Below, piece after piece: positions 1-8,377 of a stretch of DNA of 40,623 nucleotides. The position numbers and the translations under genes were made by a program. Under the pieces are notes generated by a model that searched no databases, had not been told where the DNA came from, and saw only the letters and a program-made list of their open reading frames with translations. This DNA is from Rhodospirillales bacterium (GTDB lineage Bacteria > Pseudomonadota > Alphaproteobacteria > Acetobacterales > Acetobacteraceae): NCBI GenBank assembly GCA_043788425.1, contig JAYVTX010000149.1:1-40623 (forward strand), in the 5' to 3' direction. The number at the start of each line of letters is the position of its first letter. The stretch's first letter is position 1.

Positions 1-407
1 GTGGGTGGTCCCCAGTTTTCGATGGTAGCCAATCGCAAATCCGCCGCCAGTTCGGTTTGCCCAGCGTCGTCCTGCACCCAGGCCGCCTGCAGCGTCACCT
101 CCGCCGCATCGTCCATCTGCCCGCAGCCCCGTGCGATCGCCGCCCAGCGCAGGAAGGCGTCCACAACGGCGGTGCCGCGCAATCGCGCATAGCCAGGACT
201 GTCGATTACTGCCTGGGCGCCGGCTGGCAACGCTGCCAGGTCCGGCGCAGACGCCCCGCATTGTCCACAGGTTTGGATCCAAAACCGCATCGTCGACCGC
301 GCCGGCTCCCCGGGCCTACCATCCAAGTCGGGCGCAAGCTCCGCCGGCGGAGCCCGGTATGGCGGCCGGGCCGGCGCACCGCACAGGGCGCAAATACGTT
401 CTGCCAT
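1..407 (-). CDS. hypothetical protein with two CxxC knuckles (zinc-ribbon-like), partial; C-terminus runs off the left edge
   Basis: Absent from the supplied ORF track because it has no stop inside the window. My reverse-complement translation from the ATG at 407-405 stays open to position 3: MAERICALCGAPARPPYRAPPAELAPDLDGRPGEPARSTMRFWIQTCGQCGASAPDLAALPAGAQAVIDSPGYARLRGTAVVDAFLRWAAIARGCGQMDDAAEVTLQAAWVQDDAGQTELAADLRLATIENWGPP. Composition is balanced (Ala/Leu/Asp) and third positions are GC-rich, whereas the competing frames are Arg/Pro-rich. The CxxC-(about 40 aa)-CxxC layout recalls DUF2225-type zinc ribbons; this is from memory and unverified. Confidence 0.45.
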   Translation of the reverse strand, partial: MAERICALCGAPARPPYRAPPAELAPDLDGRPGEPARSTMRFWIQTCGQCGASAPDLAALPAGAQAVIDSPGYARLRGTAVVDAFLRWAAIARGCGQMDDAAEVTLQAAWVQDDAGQTELAADLRLATIENWGPP

Positions 408-432
408 GGGCTTGGTACTAGCCCAGCCAGGA

Positions 433-582
433 TCAGCCCAATAGCCCCGGGAAGACCAGCATCACCCACAACCCGGCGGCAAACGAAAAGATTGATAAAG
501 CCGCGCCCAGCGTTTCCCGAACAGCGTGCCAGGCACTCCGCCACTCAAGTGATGATGTGGGATCAAACGTAAGAGCGTTCAT
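433..582 (-). CDS. possible 49-aa small membrane protein
   Basis: Below the 60-aa cut-off of the ORF track. ATG at 582-580 is preceded by AAAGGA about 8 nt upstream. Translation: MNALTFDPTSSLEWRSAWHAVRETLGAALSIFSFAAGLWVMLVFPGLLG, ending in one hydrophobic helix. Stop TGA at 435-433. Third-position GC looks lower than in neighbouring genes, so coding status is uncertain. Confidence 0.25.
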   Translation of the reverse strand: MNALTFDPTSSLEWRSAWHAVRETLGAALSIFSFAAGLWVMLVFPGLLG

Positions 583-609
583 GAACAGAGTCCTTTTTTA
601 GACGTGTTC

Positions 610-639
610 ATGTTATGTTCTGTACGCGCAGGATGTCAA
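610..639 (-). promoter_or_regulatory. sigma70-like promoter candidate for the small ORF / zinc-ribbon unit
   Basis: On the minus strand, TTGACA (plus coordinates 639-634, containing the glnD TGA stop) is followed by an 18-nt spacer and TAACAT (615-610). It lies in a locally AT-richer stretch about 30 nt upstream of the 582 ATG. Confidence 0.25.
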
Positions 640-3413
640 GCACTTGTGTCCTGCCCGACCTTTCGCTCCTCCGGCGGGGCAAGCGCGGCCAGCAACGCAT
701 GGCGAAGCCCGGCCAACTTGCGCTCGTTTTCTACCTTCAACCCAAACACGTCCTTTACATAAAATACGTCCACCGCCCGCACGCCGTAGGTCGTCACATG
801 GGCGCTGGCAATCTGCAGCCCCTGCTCGCTAATAGCCGCCGTAACGTCATGCAGCAGGCCGGGCCGGTCGCGTCCGTTCACCTCGAGCACCGTATGTGCA
901 TTGCTGGCCCTGTTATCGACCACGACACGGGGCGGCACCAAAATCGCCCGCATGCGCCCGCCCAACAACGATTTCGACGCACGCCGGATTTCCTCGGGCA
1001 GCGCCAGCCGGCCGGACAGCGCCTGATCGATCAGAACATGTAGCCGGGCCAGCCGGTGGGGCGCGTCGAACGCGCCGCCAGATGCGTCCTGCACCCAGAA
1101 CGTATCGAGCGCATTGCCGTTGGTCAGGGTGTGGATGCGCGCGTCCACGATCGACGCCCCGGCGACCGCCAGCGCACCGGCAATCCGGCTGAATAGCCCG
1201 GCATGGTCGGTGGTATAGACCGTTATCTCCGTTACTGCGCGGGCTGGCAGGGGTTGCGTATCGACGGTCAAGGGCGCGCCCCGAGCCTCGGCATCGCTGA
1301 TCAGGCGCGCATGCCGGGCGTGGGTTTCGGGATCGAAGCTCAGCCAATAACTGGCGTAACCGAGGCCCAGGTAGAACTCGGCCGCCGGTCCTTCGGGCAA
1401 AAACGGCCGTACCGCCTTCTTTGCGCGTGCAACCCGCACATCCCTTTCGGTGGTGGCCAGGCCGCCAGCCAACACATCCGCCACGCGGGCGTACAGCTCC
1501 CGCAGCAGCGTCGCCTTCCACCCGTTCCAGACCTTTGCACTCACGGCCCGCATATCCGCGACCGTCAGGACGAGCAGAAGCTTCAACCTTTCCGGCGACT
1601 GGATGATATCGGCCAAATCCAAAATCGTCTTTGGGTCGTCTATGTCGCGTTTGAATGCCGTCTGGCTCAGCAACAGGTGATGCATCACCAACCAACTAAC
1701 CGTCTCTGTCTCCTCCGGTGATAGGCCGATGCTGGGCCCGACCTGCAACGCGACTTCCGCCCCCAGCTCCGAATGGTCGCCGCCACGGCCCTTTGCGATG
1801 TCATGCAGCAGCGTTGCCCCATACAAGGCCCGGCGGGATTGCAGGTCCTCCACCAGGCCGGACGCGATCGGTGCCACCGCCGACAGCTCACCCCGTTCGA
1901 GTTGGTTCAAAATACGCAGCGCCTCGATCGTGTGCTCGTCGACCGTGAACACGTGGTAGGTGTCGAACTGCATCTGGCCCACGATCCGGGCCCAGTCCGG
2001 CAGGTATCGGCCGAGGAACCCGCTCTCATTCAAGACCGCAATCCAGCGGGCACCCTGCGCGTGGGCATGTGCATGCTCGCCATCCTGGCCGCATAGCAGG
2101 TCCAGAAACAGCGTCGCCGCCGCCGGGTCATGGCGCAATAAAATGGCCTGGCGTTCGTGCCGGATCAGCGCCCGTAGCGCCAGCGGGTGCAGATCGAGCT
2201 GCCGGTCGCGCGCCACTTGCAGGATGCGCAACATCAAAATCGGACGATCGCCGAAATCGACGCCTGGCGCACACAGCAACCGACCGTCGGCGAGCACGAA
2301 CCCTTCTTCCGCCAGCGCCGCATCCGTTGTGGGTGCCAGTGCCGGTGGGCCAAGGGCCGCCCGGATGACGGCCGGTTCCAGCACGGCGGTAATGCGCGTA
2401 ATCTCCCGGGCAGTCAGGAAATAGTGGCGCATGAACCGCTCGACGCCATCCTGACGGCCGTGGCGAGTGTAGCCCATGCGCGCGCCAACGACGGGCTGCA
2501 GATCAAACGTCAGCCGGTCCTCTGCCCGACCAGCGACGTAATGCAGGTGGAAGCGAACCGTCCATAGAAAGCCCCAAGACCGCCGGGCATGCTTGGCCTC
2601 GACCAGGGTCAAAATACCGCCACCGGGACTGTCGGGGCCGACCAGCTCGCCCATGATCTGCGTGCCGAACACGTAACGGGTCATCCAGTACAGCGTCTGC
2701 AGGTCCCGCAGGCCGCCGCGGCCCTCCTTGATATTGGGCTCGACCACGAACGGGGTTTCGCCATAGCGGTGGTGGCGGATGTCGCGCTCGGCCTGCTTGG
2801 CGGCAATGAACGCGCCGGCCCCGCTGGTGGCACAGGCTTGTAGGAATTGGGCATGGAACTGGTCTGCCAATGCGCCGTCGCCCACCAGACGTCGCGCATC
2901 GATCAGGGCCGTCCGGATCGTGATGTCGCGATCGGCTTCTGCCAGACACTCCTCTACGGACCGGGTCGCGTGCCCGACTTTCAGGCCTAGATCCCAAAGC
3001 ACGTAGAGCATGAACTCAACCACCTGCAGCGTGGGCGGTGGCGGGTCCGGTTCGGTGAGGAATAGCAGGTCGATGTCACTGAACGGCGCCAGCACGCCTC
3101 GGCCATAGCCACCCGTCGCCAAAATCGCGATCCGCCCCGGCCGCTCCGTCCGCGCGATCGCCAGGCCGAACAGGGCCACGATGACGCCATCCGTCAGCCG
3201 GCCGAGCAGGCGGCCCGCGTCCAGGCCACCCATGCCCCCCGCCTCGAACTTGGCCTGCACGTGCTGTTGCACACGGACCAGGTGCCGCCGAACCAGGGTC
3301 AGGGCGACGTCGCGCGGCAGCGGTCCGGCGGCCGGTTTGGCCTCCGCCAGCGCCGTGGTTAGCAGCGCGTTGGCGGCGTCGACATCCTCGGGCAGCGGCA
3401 CGGGGTTCAGCAT
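636..3413 (-). CDS. glnD: bifunctional [protein-PII] uridylyltransferase/uridylyl-removing enzyme
   Basis: 925 aa. N-terminal nucleotidyltransferase motif (ATGGYGRGVLAPFSDIDLLFL), central HD domain (LLHDIAKGRGGDHSELG) and two C-terminal ACT-like repeats. Length is typical of GlnD. Confidence 0.95.
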   Translation of the reverse strand: MLNPVPLPEDVDAANALLTTALAEAKPAAGPLPRDVALTLVRRHLVRVQQHVQAKFEAGGMGGLDAGRLLGRLTDGVIVALFGLAIARTERPGRIAILATGGYGRGVLAPFSDIDLLFLTEPDPPPPTLQVVEFMLYVLWDLGLKVGHATRSVEECLAEADRDITIRTALIDARRLVGDGALADQFHAQFLQACATSGAGAFIAAKQAERDIRHHRYGETPFVVEPNIKEGRGGLRDLQTLYWMTRYVFGTQIMGELVGPDSPGGGILTLVEAKHARRSWGFLWTVRFHLHYVAGRAEDRLTFDLQPVVGARMGYTRHGRQDGVERFMRHYFLTAREITRITAVLEPAVIRAALGPPALAPTTDAALAEEGFVLADGRLLCAPGVDFGDRPILMLRILQVARDRQLDLHPLALRALIRHERQAILLRHDPAAATLFLDLLCGQDGEHAHAHAQGARWIAVLNESGFLGRYLPDWARIVGQMQFDTYHVFTVDEHTIEALRILNQLERGELSAVAPIASGLVEDLQSRRALYGATLLHDIAKGRGGDHSELGAEVALQVGPSIGLSPEETETVSWLVMHHLLLSQTAFKRDIDDPKTILDLADIIQSPERLKLLLVLTVADMRAVSAKVWNGWKATLLRELYARVADVLAGGLATTERDVRVARAKKAVRPFLPEGPAAEFYLGLGYASYWLSFDPETHARHARLISDAEARGAPLTVDTQPLPARAVTEITVYTTDHAGLFSRIAGALAVAGASIVDARIHTLTNGNALDTFWVQDASGGAFDAPHRLARLHVLIDQALSGRLALPEEIRRASKSLLGGRMRAILVPPRVVVDNRASNAHTVLEVNGRDRPGLLHDVTAAISEQGLQIASAHVTTYGVRAVDVFYVKDVFGLKVENERKLAGLRHALLAALAPPEERKVGQDTSA

Positions 3414-6004
3414 GGCGACGATGCTAACCCGATCTCATCATCTGGAACAGCGGTTAAAGCCTTGAGACGATACAATGTTTCAAGCGCGTCACGGGCGGAC
3501 ATTCCGTCAGGGTCGATGGCGGCCAATGCAGCCAGCACGGGGTCCGGGACGGGTTCGGGCGCGGGCGGTAGTGAGGCGAATAGCGGCAGACCCCCCGCAT
3601 CCAGCAAACGGGTGCCGTGGCCATCCCGCTCCAGCGCGGCCAGCAACGCCGCCGCACGCCGGACGGTGGGGGCCGGCACGCCCGCCAGCTGCGCCACATG
3701 CACGCCCCAGCTGCGGCCGGCCGCGCCCTCCGCCACCTCATGCAGGAACACGACGCCGCCCCGCCACTCCCGCACCCGCATCGTGTGTGGACGCAGGCGC
3801 GGAAGCTGTGTTGCCAGTCCGGCCAGTTCGTGAAAATGCGTGGCGAACACGGTGCGGCAGCGTACCTGGTTGTGCAGCGCCTCCAGCACCGCCCAGGCAA
3901 TCGCCAGGCCATCGAGGGTGCTGGTGCCGCGCCCGATCTCATCCACGATCACCAACGACCGCGGGCCGGCCTGGTTCAGGATCGCCGCCGTCTCGGTCAT
4001 TTCCACCATGAACGTGCTGCGCCCCCGCACCAGGTCGTCCGACGCACCGACCCGGCTGAAAAGGCGGTCGACGGTGCCGAGCGTGGCGGACGCGGCCGGC
4101 ACTGGTAGGCCGGCCTGGGCCAGAATAGCGATCAGCGCCGCCTGCCGCAGATACGTGCTTTTGCCGGCCATGTTCGGGCCGGTTAGTAGTAGCAAACGTC
4201 GGGCGGGGCCGAGGTCGATGTCGTTCGGCACGAATTGGCCATGCCCGGCCAGAGCTGCCTCCACCACGGGGTGGCGGCCGGCGGCAATCGAAAAATCCTC
4301 GCCATCGGTCACAAGCGGGCGGCACCAACGCCCCCCCTCGGCCAGGCGGGCGCAGGATTGCAGTACGTCCAGCCGGGCCAAGGTGTAGGCGCAGGCGGCC
4401 AGCGCGTCAGCCTCGGCCAGCGCAGCCTGCGTCAGGGTGTCCAGCACGACCTGCTCCCGCGCCGCCGCCCGCTCCGCCGCCTCACTGATGCGCCGGTCTA
4501 GCTCACCCAGTTCCGCGTTGGTGAAGCGTGCGCCGTTGGCCATGCCCTGCCGTAGCGTCAAGTCCGGGTGGTGGCGCAGCGTGTCCGCGGCGGCAGCCGG
4601 CACCTCAATCACATAGCCCAGCTGCCGGTGGTGGCGGATTTTTAGGCTGGCAACCCCGTAGCGCTGGGCATAGTCCAGCACCAATCCCGCGATCACCCGC
4701 CGGCTATCGTCGCGCAACGCCCGTTCCGCATCCAGCACCGCGTCGAACCCGGCGGCGACGGCCCCCCCCTCCTCCGACCGGGCGGGCGCCGGATCGGCCA
4801 GGCCGCGGCGCAGCAAGTCGCACAGGCCGCGGGCGGGCGGCGGAAAGGCGAGCGGGCTGGTGGCGAGCGCGATGCTGGCCAGGGCGGCGGCGTCAAACCC
4901 CTGTGCGAGTGCGCCAAGGTCACGGGGCGTGGCGCGCCCGACCGACAGCCGACCCAACGCACGGGCGATGTCCGGCACCTGCCGCAGCGCCCCACGCAAC
5001 CCGGCCAGGGCGGCCGCATCCGTCAGCAACCATCCCCACCCATCCTGCCGGCCCGCGATCGCCACCCGGTCCAGCAGCGGCGCATCCAGCCAGCCGCCCA
5101 GCATGCGGGCACCGGCCGCGGTAAGGGTGTGGCGGACGCTGTCCAGTAACGTGGGGCCGCCATCGCGGGCGCGGGTCAGTTCCAGGCTGCTGCGGGTCGC
5201 CTGATCCATCGCCATGTGCATGTCCAACCCGGCGGGCGCGGGCCGGGACAGGCGTGGCATGGCACCGGCCTGGGTCAGCCGCACGTAATCCAGCGCAAGG
5301 GCGGCAGCCACAGCCTCCGCATCCGAGAATGTCCCGAATGCGTCGAGGGTTAGTGCACCAAACGCGTCCGCCACCCGGCGTGCGGCGGCGATCGGCGCGG
5401 CGGGCGCGATGGCCGGGCCGCGGCGGGCCTCGTGATCCAACAACGGCAGCCCGGCCGGGGCGAGAATTTCGGACGGATCCAGCCGGGCCAGCAGCGCACC
5501 GAGCCCGGCCAGGTCCAGGGCCGCGGTTTCAAACAGGCCCGTCGACACATCGAGCCACGCGGCACCTAGCTGCTGCCCGATTTGGGCCAGGGCTAGCAAT
5601 AGGTTGGGCCGCTGCGCCTCCAGCAGGCTATCCTCGGTCAGCGTACCCGGCGTGACCAGCCGCACGATGGCGCGTTTCAGCGGTGCAGAGCCGGTGCGGG
5701 CGCGGGCGGTCTCCATCTGCTCGGCCACCGCCACCCGGTAGCCGCGGCGGATCAGGCGGGATAAGTAGGCGTCTGACGCATGGACCGGCACGCCACACAT
5801 GGGGATGGGTGCGCCGCCATGGGTCCCGCGATGGGTGAGCGCGATGTCCAGCGCGCTAGCGGCCGCGGCGGCGTCGGCAAAAAACAGCTCGTAAAAGTCG
5901 CCCATCCGCAGGAACAGCAACGCGTCGGGGTGCTGTTCCTTCAGCACGAACCACTGTGCGATGGCGGGCGACGCGCCAGCGGGGTCGAGAATGAGGGCTG
6001 CCAT
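3407..6004 (-). CDS. mutS: DNA mismatch repair protein MutS
   Basis: 865 aa. N-terminal mismatch-binding motif (FLRMGDFYELFFADA), Walker A (TGPNMAGKSTYLRQ) and STFMVEMTE / DEIGRGTST motifs. Its stop overlaps the glnD start by 7 nt. Confidence 0.97.
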   Translation of the reverse strand: MAALILDPAGASPAIAQWFVLKEQHPDALLFLRMGDFYELFFADAAAAASALDIALTHRGTHGGAPIPMCGVPVHASDAYLSRLIRRGYRVAVAEQMETARARTGSAPLKRAIVRLVTPGTLTEDSLLEAQRPNLLLALAQIGQQLGAAWLDVSTGLFETAALDLAGLGALLARLDPSEILAPAGLPLLDHEARRGPAIAPAAPIAAARRVADAFGALTLDAFGTFSDAEAVAAALALDYVRLTQAGAMPRLSRPAPAGLDMHMAMDQATRSSLELTRARDGGPTLLDSVRHTLTAAGARMLGGWLDAPLLDRVAIAGRQDGWGWLLTDAAALAGLRGALRQVPDIARALGRLSVGRATPRDLGALAQGFDAAALASIALATSPLAFPPPARGLCDLLRRGLADPAPARSEEGGAVAAGFDAVLDAERALRDDSRRVIAGLVLDYAQRYGVASLKIRHHRQLGYVIEVPAAAADTLRHHPDLTLRQGMANGARFTNAELGELDRRISEAAERAAAREQVVLDTLTQAALAEADALAACAYTLARLDVLQSCARLAEGGRWCRPLVTDGEDFSIAAGRHPVVEAALAGHGQFVPNDIDLGPARRLLLLTGPNMAGKSTYLRQAALIAILAQAGLPVPAASATLGTVDRLFSRVGASDDLVRGRSTFMVEMTETAAILNQAGPRSLVIVDEIGRGTSTLDGLAIAWAVLEALHNQVRCRTVFATHFHELAGLATQLPRLRPHTMRVREWRGGVVFLHEVAEGAAGRSWGVHVAQLAGVPAPTVRRAAALLAALERDGHGTRLLDAGGLPLFASLPPAPEPVPDPVLAALAAIDPDGMSARDALETLYRLKALTAVPDDEIGLASSPC

Positions 6005-6107
6005 CTAGCGCTGGTACACTGGCCCGGGCGTGCCCGCACGCGCGAATTGCGTGCCGGGCCGCCATCGCCTACCCAAGCGTGGTCAACCTAAGTCTGGGAC
6101 GCTAACG

Positions 6108-7430
6108 ATGCCGCCATCCACTTCCGCCCCGGCTTTTAAGATTACCCAAGCCGCGCCAGTGACGACGGGTCAGCGGATGCGCAACATCTTCGGGGGGTCG
6201 ATCGGAAACCTAATCGAGTGGTACGATTTTTATATCTATAACTCGTTCGCGATCTATTTCGCCAAGTCGTTTACGAATAGCCAGGATCAGACCGTACAGT
6301 TCTTGCAGGTGTTCGGGATCTACGCGATTGGTTTCTTCATACGGCCCGTTGGTGGTTTTGTGTTGGGCTACTATGCCGACCGCGCCGGGCGGCGGGCGGC
6401 ACTTACGTTGTCTGTGATGCTGATGTGCGCCGGGTCGGGCATGATCGCCCTGTTGCCGACCTATGCTCAGGTTGGCGTGTGGGCACCACTGCTGCTGCTA
6501 TTAGCACGGTTGCTACAAGGCCTGTCGCTGGGTGGCGAATATGCGTCGTCCGCCACTTATCTATCCGAGGTTGCGGGTGCCAAAAACCGCGGCTTCTGGA
6601 GCTCGTTCCAATACGTCACGCTCATCGGCGGCCAGGTCCTGGCAGCGTTGGTCCTGCTGGTCATGCAGCAGCGCTTCAGCGGGGCGGAGTTGGAGGCGTG
6701 GGCCTGGCGCATCCCGTTTGGCATCGGTGCCGTGTGCGCCCTGTACGGCCTGTACCTGCGCCGCAACCTGGCCGAAAGTGCCGATTGGGTGCGGGCGAAC
6801 CAAACCCGGGCAGAGCGGCCAAGCCTGCTACGGCAGCTAATCGCGCACCCGAAAGAAGTGCTGCTGGTGTTTGGCCTGACGATGGGCGGCACGACCGCGT
6901 TCTACACCTTCAGCGCGTATATGCCGACATACCTCAGCAACACGTTGAAGTTCCCCAAGGAGTGGACGGCAGAAATCTCGTTCATCACGCTATTTCTGTT
7001 CATGGCGATGCAGCCGCTATTCGGTGCCATCAGCGACCGGGTCGGACGGCGGCCAGTGCTGATGTGGTTCGGCATTCTGGGGACATTGCTGACCGTGCCG
7101 ATCCTGACCGCCCTTAGCGGAACCAAGGGCTATACGGAGGCGCTGTTATTGATCCTGGGTGCCCTCGTGATTGTCACCGGCTATACTAGCATCAATGCTG
7201 TGGTGAAGGCGGAGCTATTCCCGGCCGGGGTGCGGGCATTGGGTGTTGGCGTGCCGTATGCCATTGCCGCGTCACTGTTTGGCGGCACAGCCCCATTGAT
7301 TGCGCTGCAGTTCAAATCCAGCGGGCATGAGGACTGGTTTTACTGGTACGTGACCGCGATGATTGCGATCTCTTTGTTGGTCTATGCAACGATGCGCGAC
7401 ACCAAAAAGGCGTCGCGCATCGTCGATTAG
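6108..7430 (+). CDS. MFS transporter, metabolite:H+ symporter (KgtP/ProP-like) family
   Basis: Track ORF is 6030..7430. The start is more likely the ATG at 6108 (MPPSTSAP...). Family hallmark GNLIEWYDFYIY, about 12 hydrophobic segments, and an ADRxGRR loop motif. Confidence 0.85.
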   Translation: MPPSTSAPAFKITQAAPVTTGQRMRNIFGGSIGNLIEWYDFYIYNSFAIYFAKSFTNSQDQTVQFLQVFGIYAIGFFIRPVGGFVLGYYADRAGRRAALTLSVMLMCAGSGMIALLPTYAQVGVWAPLLLLLARLLQGLSLGGEYASSATYLSEVAGAKNRGFWSSFQYVTLIGGQVLAALVLLVMQQRFSGAELEAWAWRIPFGIGAVCALYGLYLRRNLAESADWVRANQTRAERPSLLRQLIAHPKEVLLVFGLTMGGTTAFYTFSAYMPTYLSNTLKFPKEWTAEISFITLFLFMAMQPLFGAISDRVGRRPVLMWFGILGTLLTVPILTALSGTKGYTEALLLILGALVIVTGYTSINAVVKAELFPAGVRALGVGVPYAIAASLFGGTAPLIALQFKSSGHEDWFYWYVTAMIAISLLVYATMRDTKKASRIVD

Positions 7431-7458
7431 CCGGCCAATTTCAGAGGTTCTGGCCGGC
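7430..7458. terminator. perfect 8-bp GC hairpin spanning the stops of two convergent genes
   Basis: GCCGGCCA (7430-7437), a 13-nt loop, then TGGCCGGC (7451-7458). It covers the MFS TAG stop and the yidB TGA stop. No U-tract on either side, so function as a terminator is uncertain. Confidence 0.3.
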
Positions 7459-7920
7459 TCCGTCAAAGGCGCTTCCACCGGCAGGGGTCAGCTTATCGAC
7501 CGCCGTTGGCAGCAGGTGGGACAGTTGGGAGAGCATGTCGTTCGGCGCCATGTTGGCCTGCGCCGCCATGTCCTGCACCTGCTGGTGACCCAAAGCGTGC
7601 TGCAGTTGGTCCGGGCTGATGGGCTGGTTCGGGCCGGAGCCAACCCAGCTCTCGGCTACATTGCCCAGGCCTGCATTTTTAAGCTGCGCTAGCAGGCCGC
7701 CCAGACCGCCTAGGCCAGCCAGCGCACCACCCAAACCGCCGCCCATACCCGGCTGGGGCACTTGCTGCTGTCCACCTAGCAGGCTGCCCAACACCGCGCC
7801 AATCCCACCCTGCGCCGGGCTGCTGCCTAACAACGAACCCAGAACCGACTGCAACGCCGGGCTTTGTCCCTGCGCGCCGCCACCCACTAGGTTACCGATA
7901 ACCGTGTCCAACAAACTCAT
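7441..7920 (-). CDS. YidB family protein (DUF937)
   Basis: 159 aa. Gly/Leu-rich N-terminal half, then the conserved C-terminal block AESWVGSGPNQPISPDQLQHALG...LSQLSHLLPTAVDKLTP typical of YidB/DUF937. Confidence 0.8.
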   Translation of the reverse strand: MSLLDTVIGNLVGGGAQGQSPALQSVLGSLLGSSPAQGGIGAVLGSLLGGQQQVPQPGMGGGLGGALAGLGGLGGLLAQLKNAGLGNVAESWVGSGPNQPISPDQLQHALGHQQVQDMAAQANMAPNDMLSQLSHLLPTAVDKLTPAGGSAFDGAGQNL

Positions 7921-7941
7921 GAGACTTCCCCTTCTTCAAGC

Positions 7942-7974
7942 AAAAACGGCCCCAGGCTGATGTGCCCAGGGCCG
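7942..7974 (-). terminator. rho-independent terminator downstream of the glsB-like gene
   Basis: Minus-strand RNA: CGGCCCUGGG, loop CACAUCAG, CCUGGGGCCG (10-bp stem including 2 G-U pairs), followed by UUUUUGCUU. The same pairs are C-A mismatches on the plus-strand transcript, so the structure is strand-specific. Confidence 0.55.
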
Positions 7975-8009
7975 AGAAACTCCGGTAGTCTAGGCCTATC
8001 CCGCAATGG

Positions 8010-8270
8010 CTAGATCGTGGTGCGGCGGCCGGTAATGGCGTGGTAGATGAACAGGACGACAATCGCGCCGATCACAGCTACGAACATGCTGTAGATGTTG
8101 AAGCCGCTCACGCCCTGCGCACCAAACACCTCGAACAGGTAGCCGCCCACGATCGCACCGACGACGCCAAGGATCAGGTCTGTGATCAGGCCCGCGCCGC
8201 TCTTGTTCACAATCTTGCTCGCGATGAAGCCCGCGATGACACCGAAAACAATCCAGCCGATAATGCTCAT
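8010..8270 (-). CDS. GlsB/YeaQ/YmgE family stress-response membrane protein (transglycosylase-associated)
   Basis: 86 aa with three Gly-rich hydrophobic helices. The signature IIGWIVFGVIAGFIASKI...GLITDLILGVVGAIVGGYLF is characteristic of this family. Confidence 0.9.
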   Translation of the reverse strand: MSIIGWIVFGVIAGFIASKIVNKSGAGLITDLILGVVGAIVGGYLFEVFGAQGVSGFNIYSMFVAVIGAIVVLFIYHAITGRRTTI

Positions 8271-8377
8271 GATACTATCCCCACATTGATGCAGCCCACG
8301 CCGCTCCCGCCCGGCATAACCAACAAGCCGGGTGCGAGTTGCATTCGATCGAAACGTTAACGGAGCCTGTGATAGAA

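Noticed and set aside
57-572. 171-aa plus-strand ORF, with 131..421 (+) and 206..544 (-), at the left edge.
   Set aside because: These are extremely Arg/Pro-rich (RRRRPALSTGLDPKPHRRPRRLPGP). The minus-strand frame I translated (1..407) has a far more protein-like composition and two CxxC motifs.
7680-7860. Apparent short DNA repeats (ccgcc / ccagcc / ggctg periodicity) inside the yidB-like gene.
   Set aside because: They are explained by the Gly/Leu low-complexity coding (GGLGGALAGLGGLGGLL) and are not an independent repeat element or CRISPR-like array.
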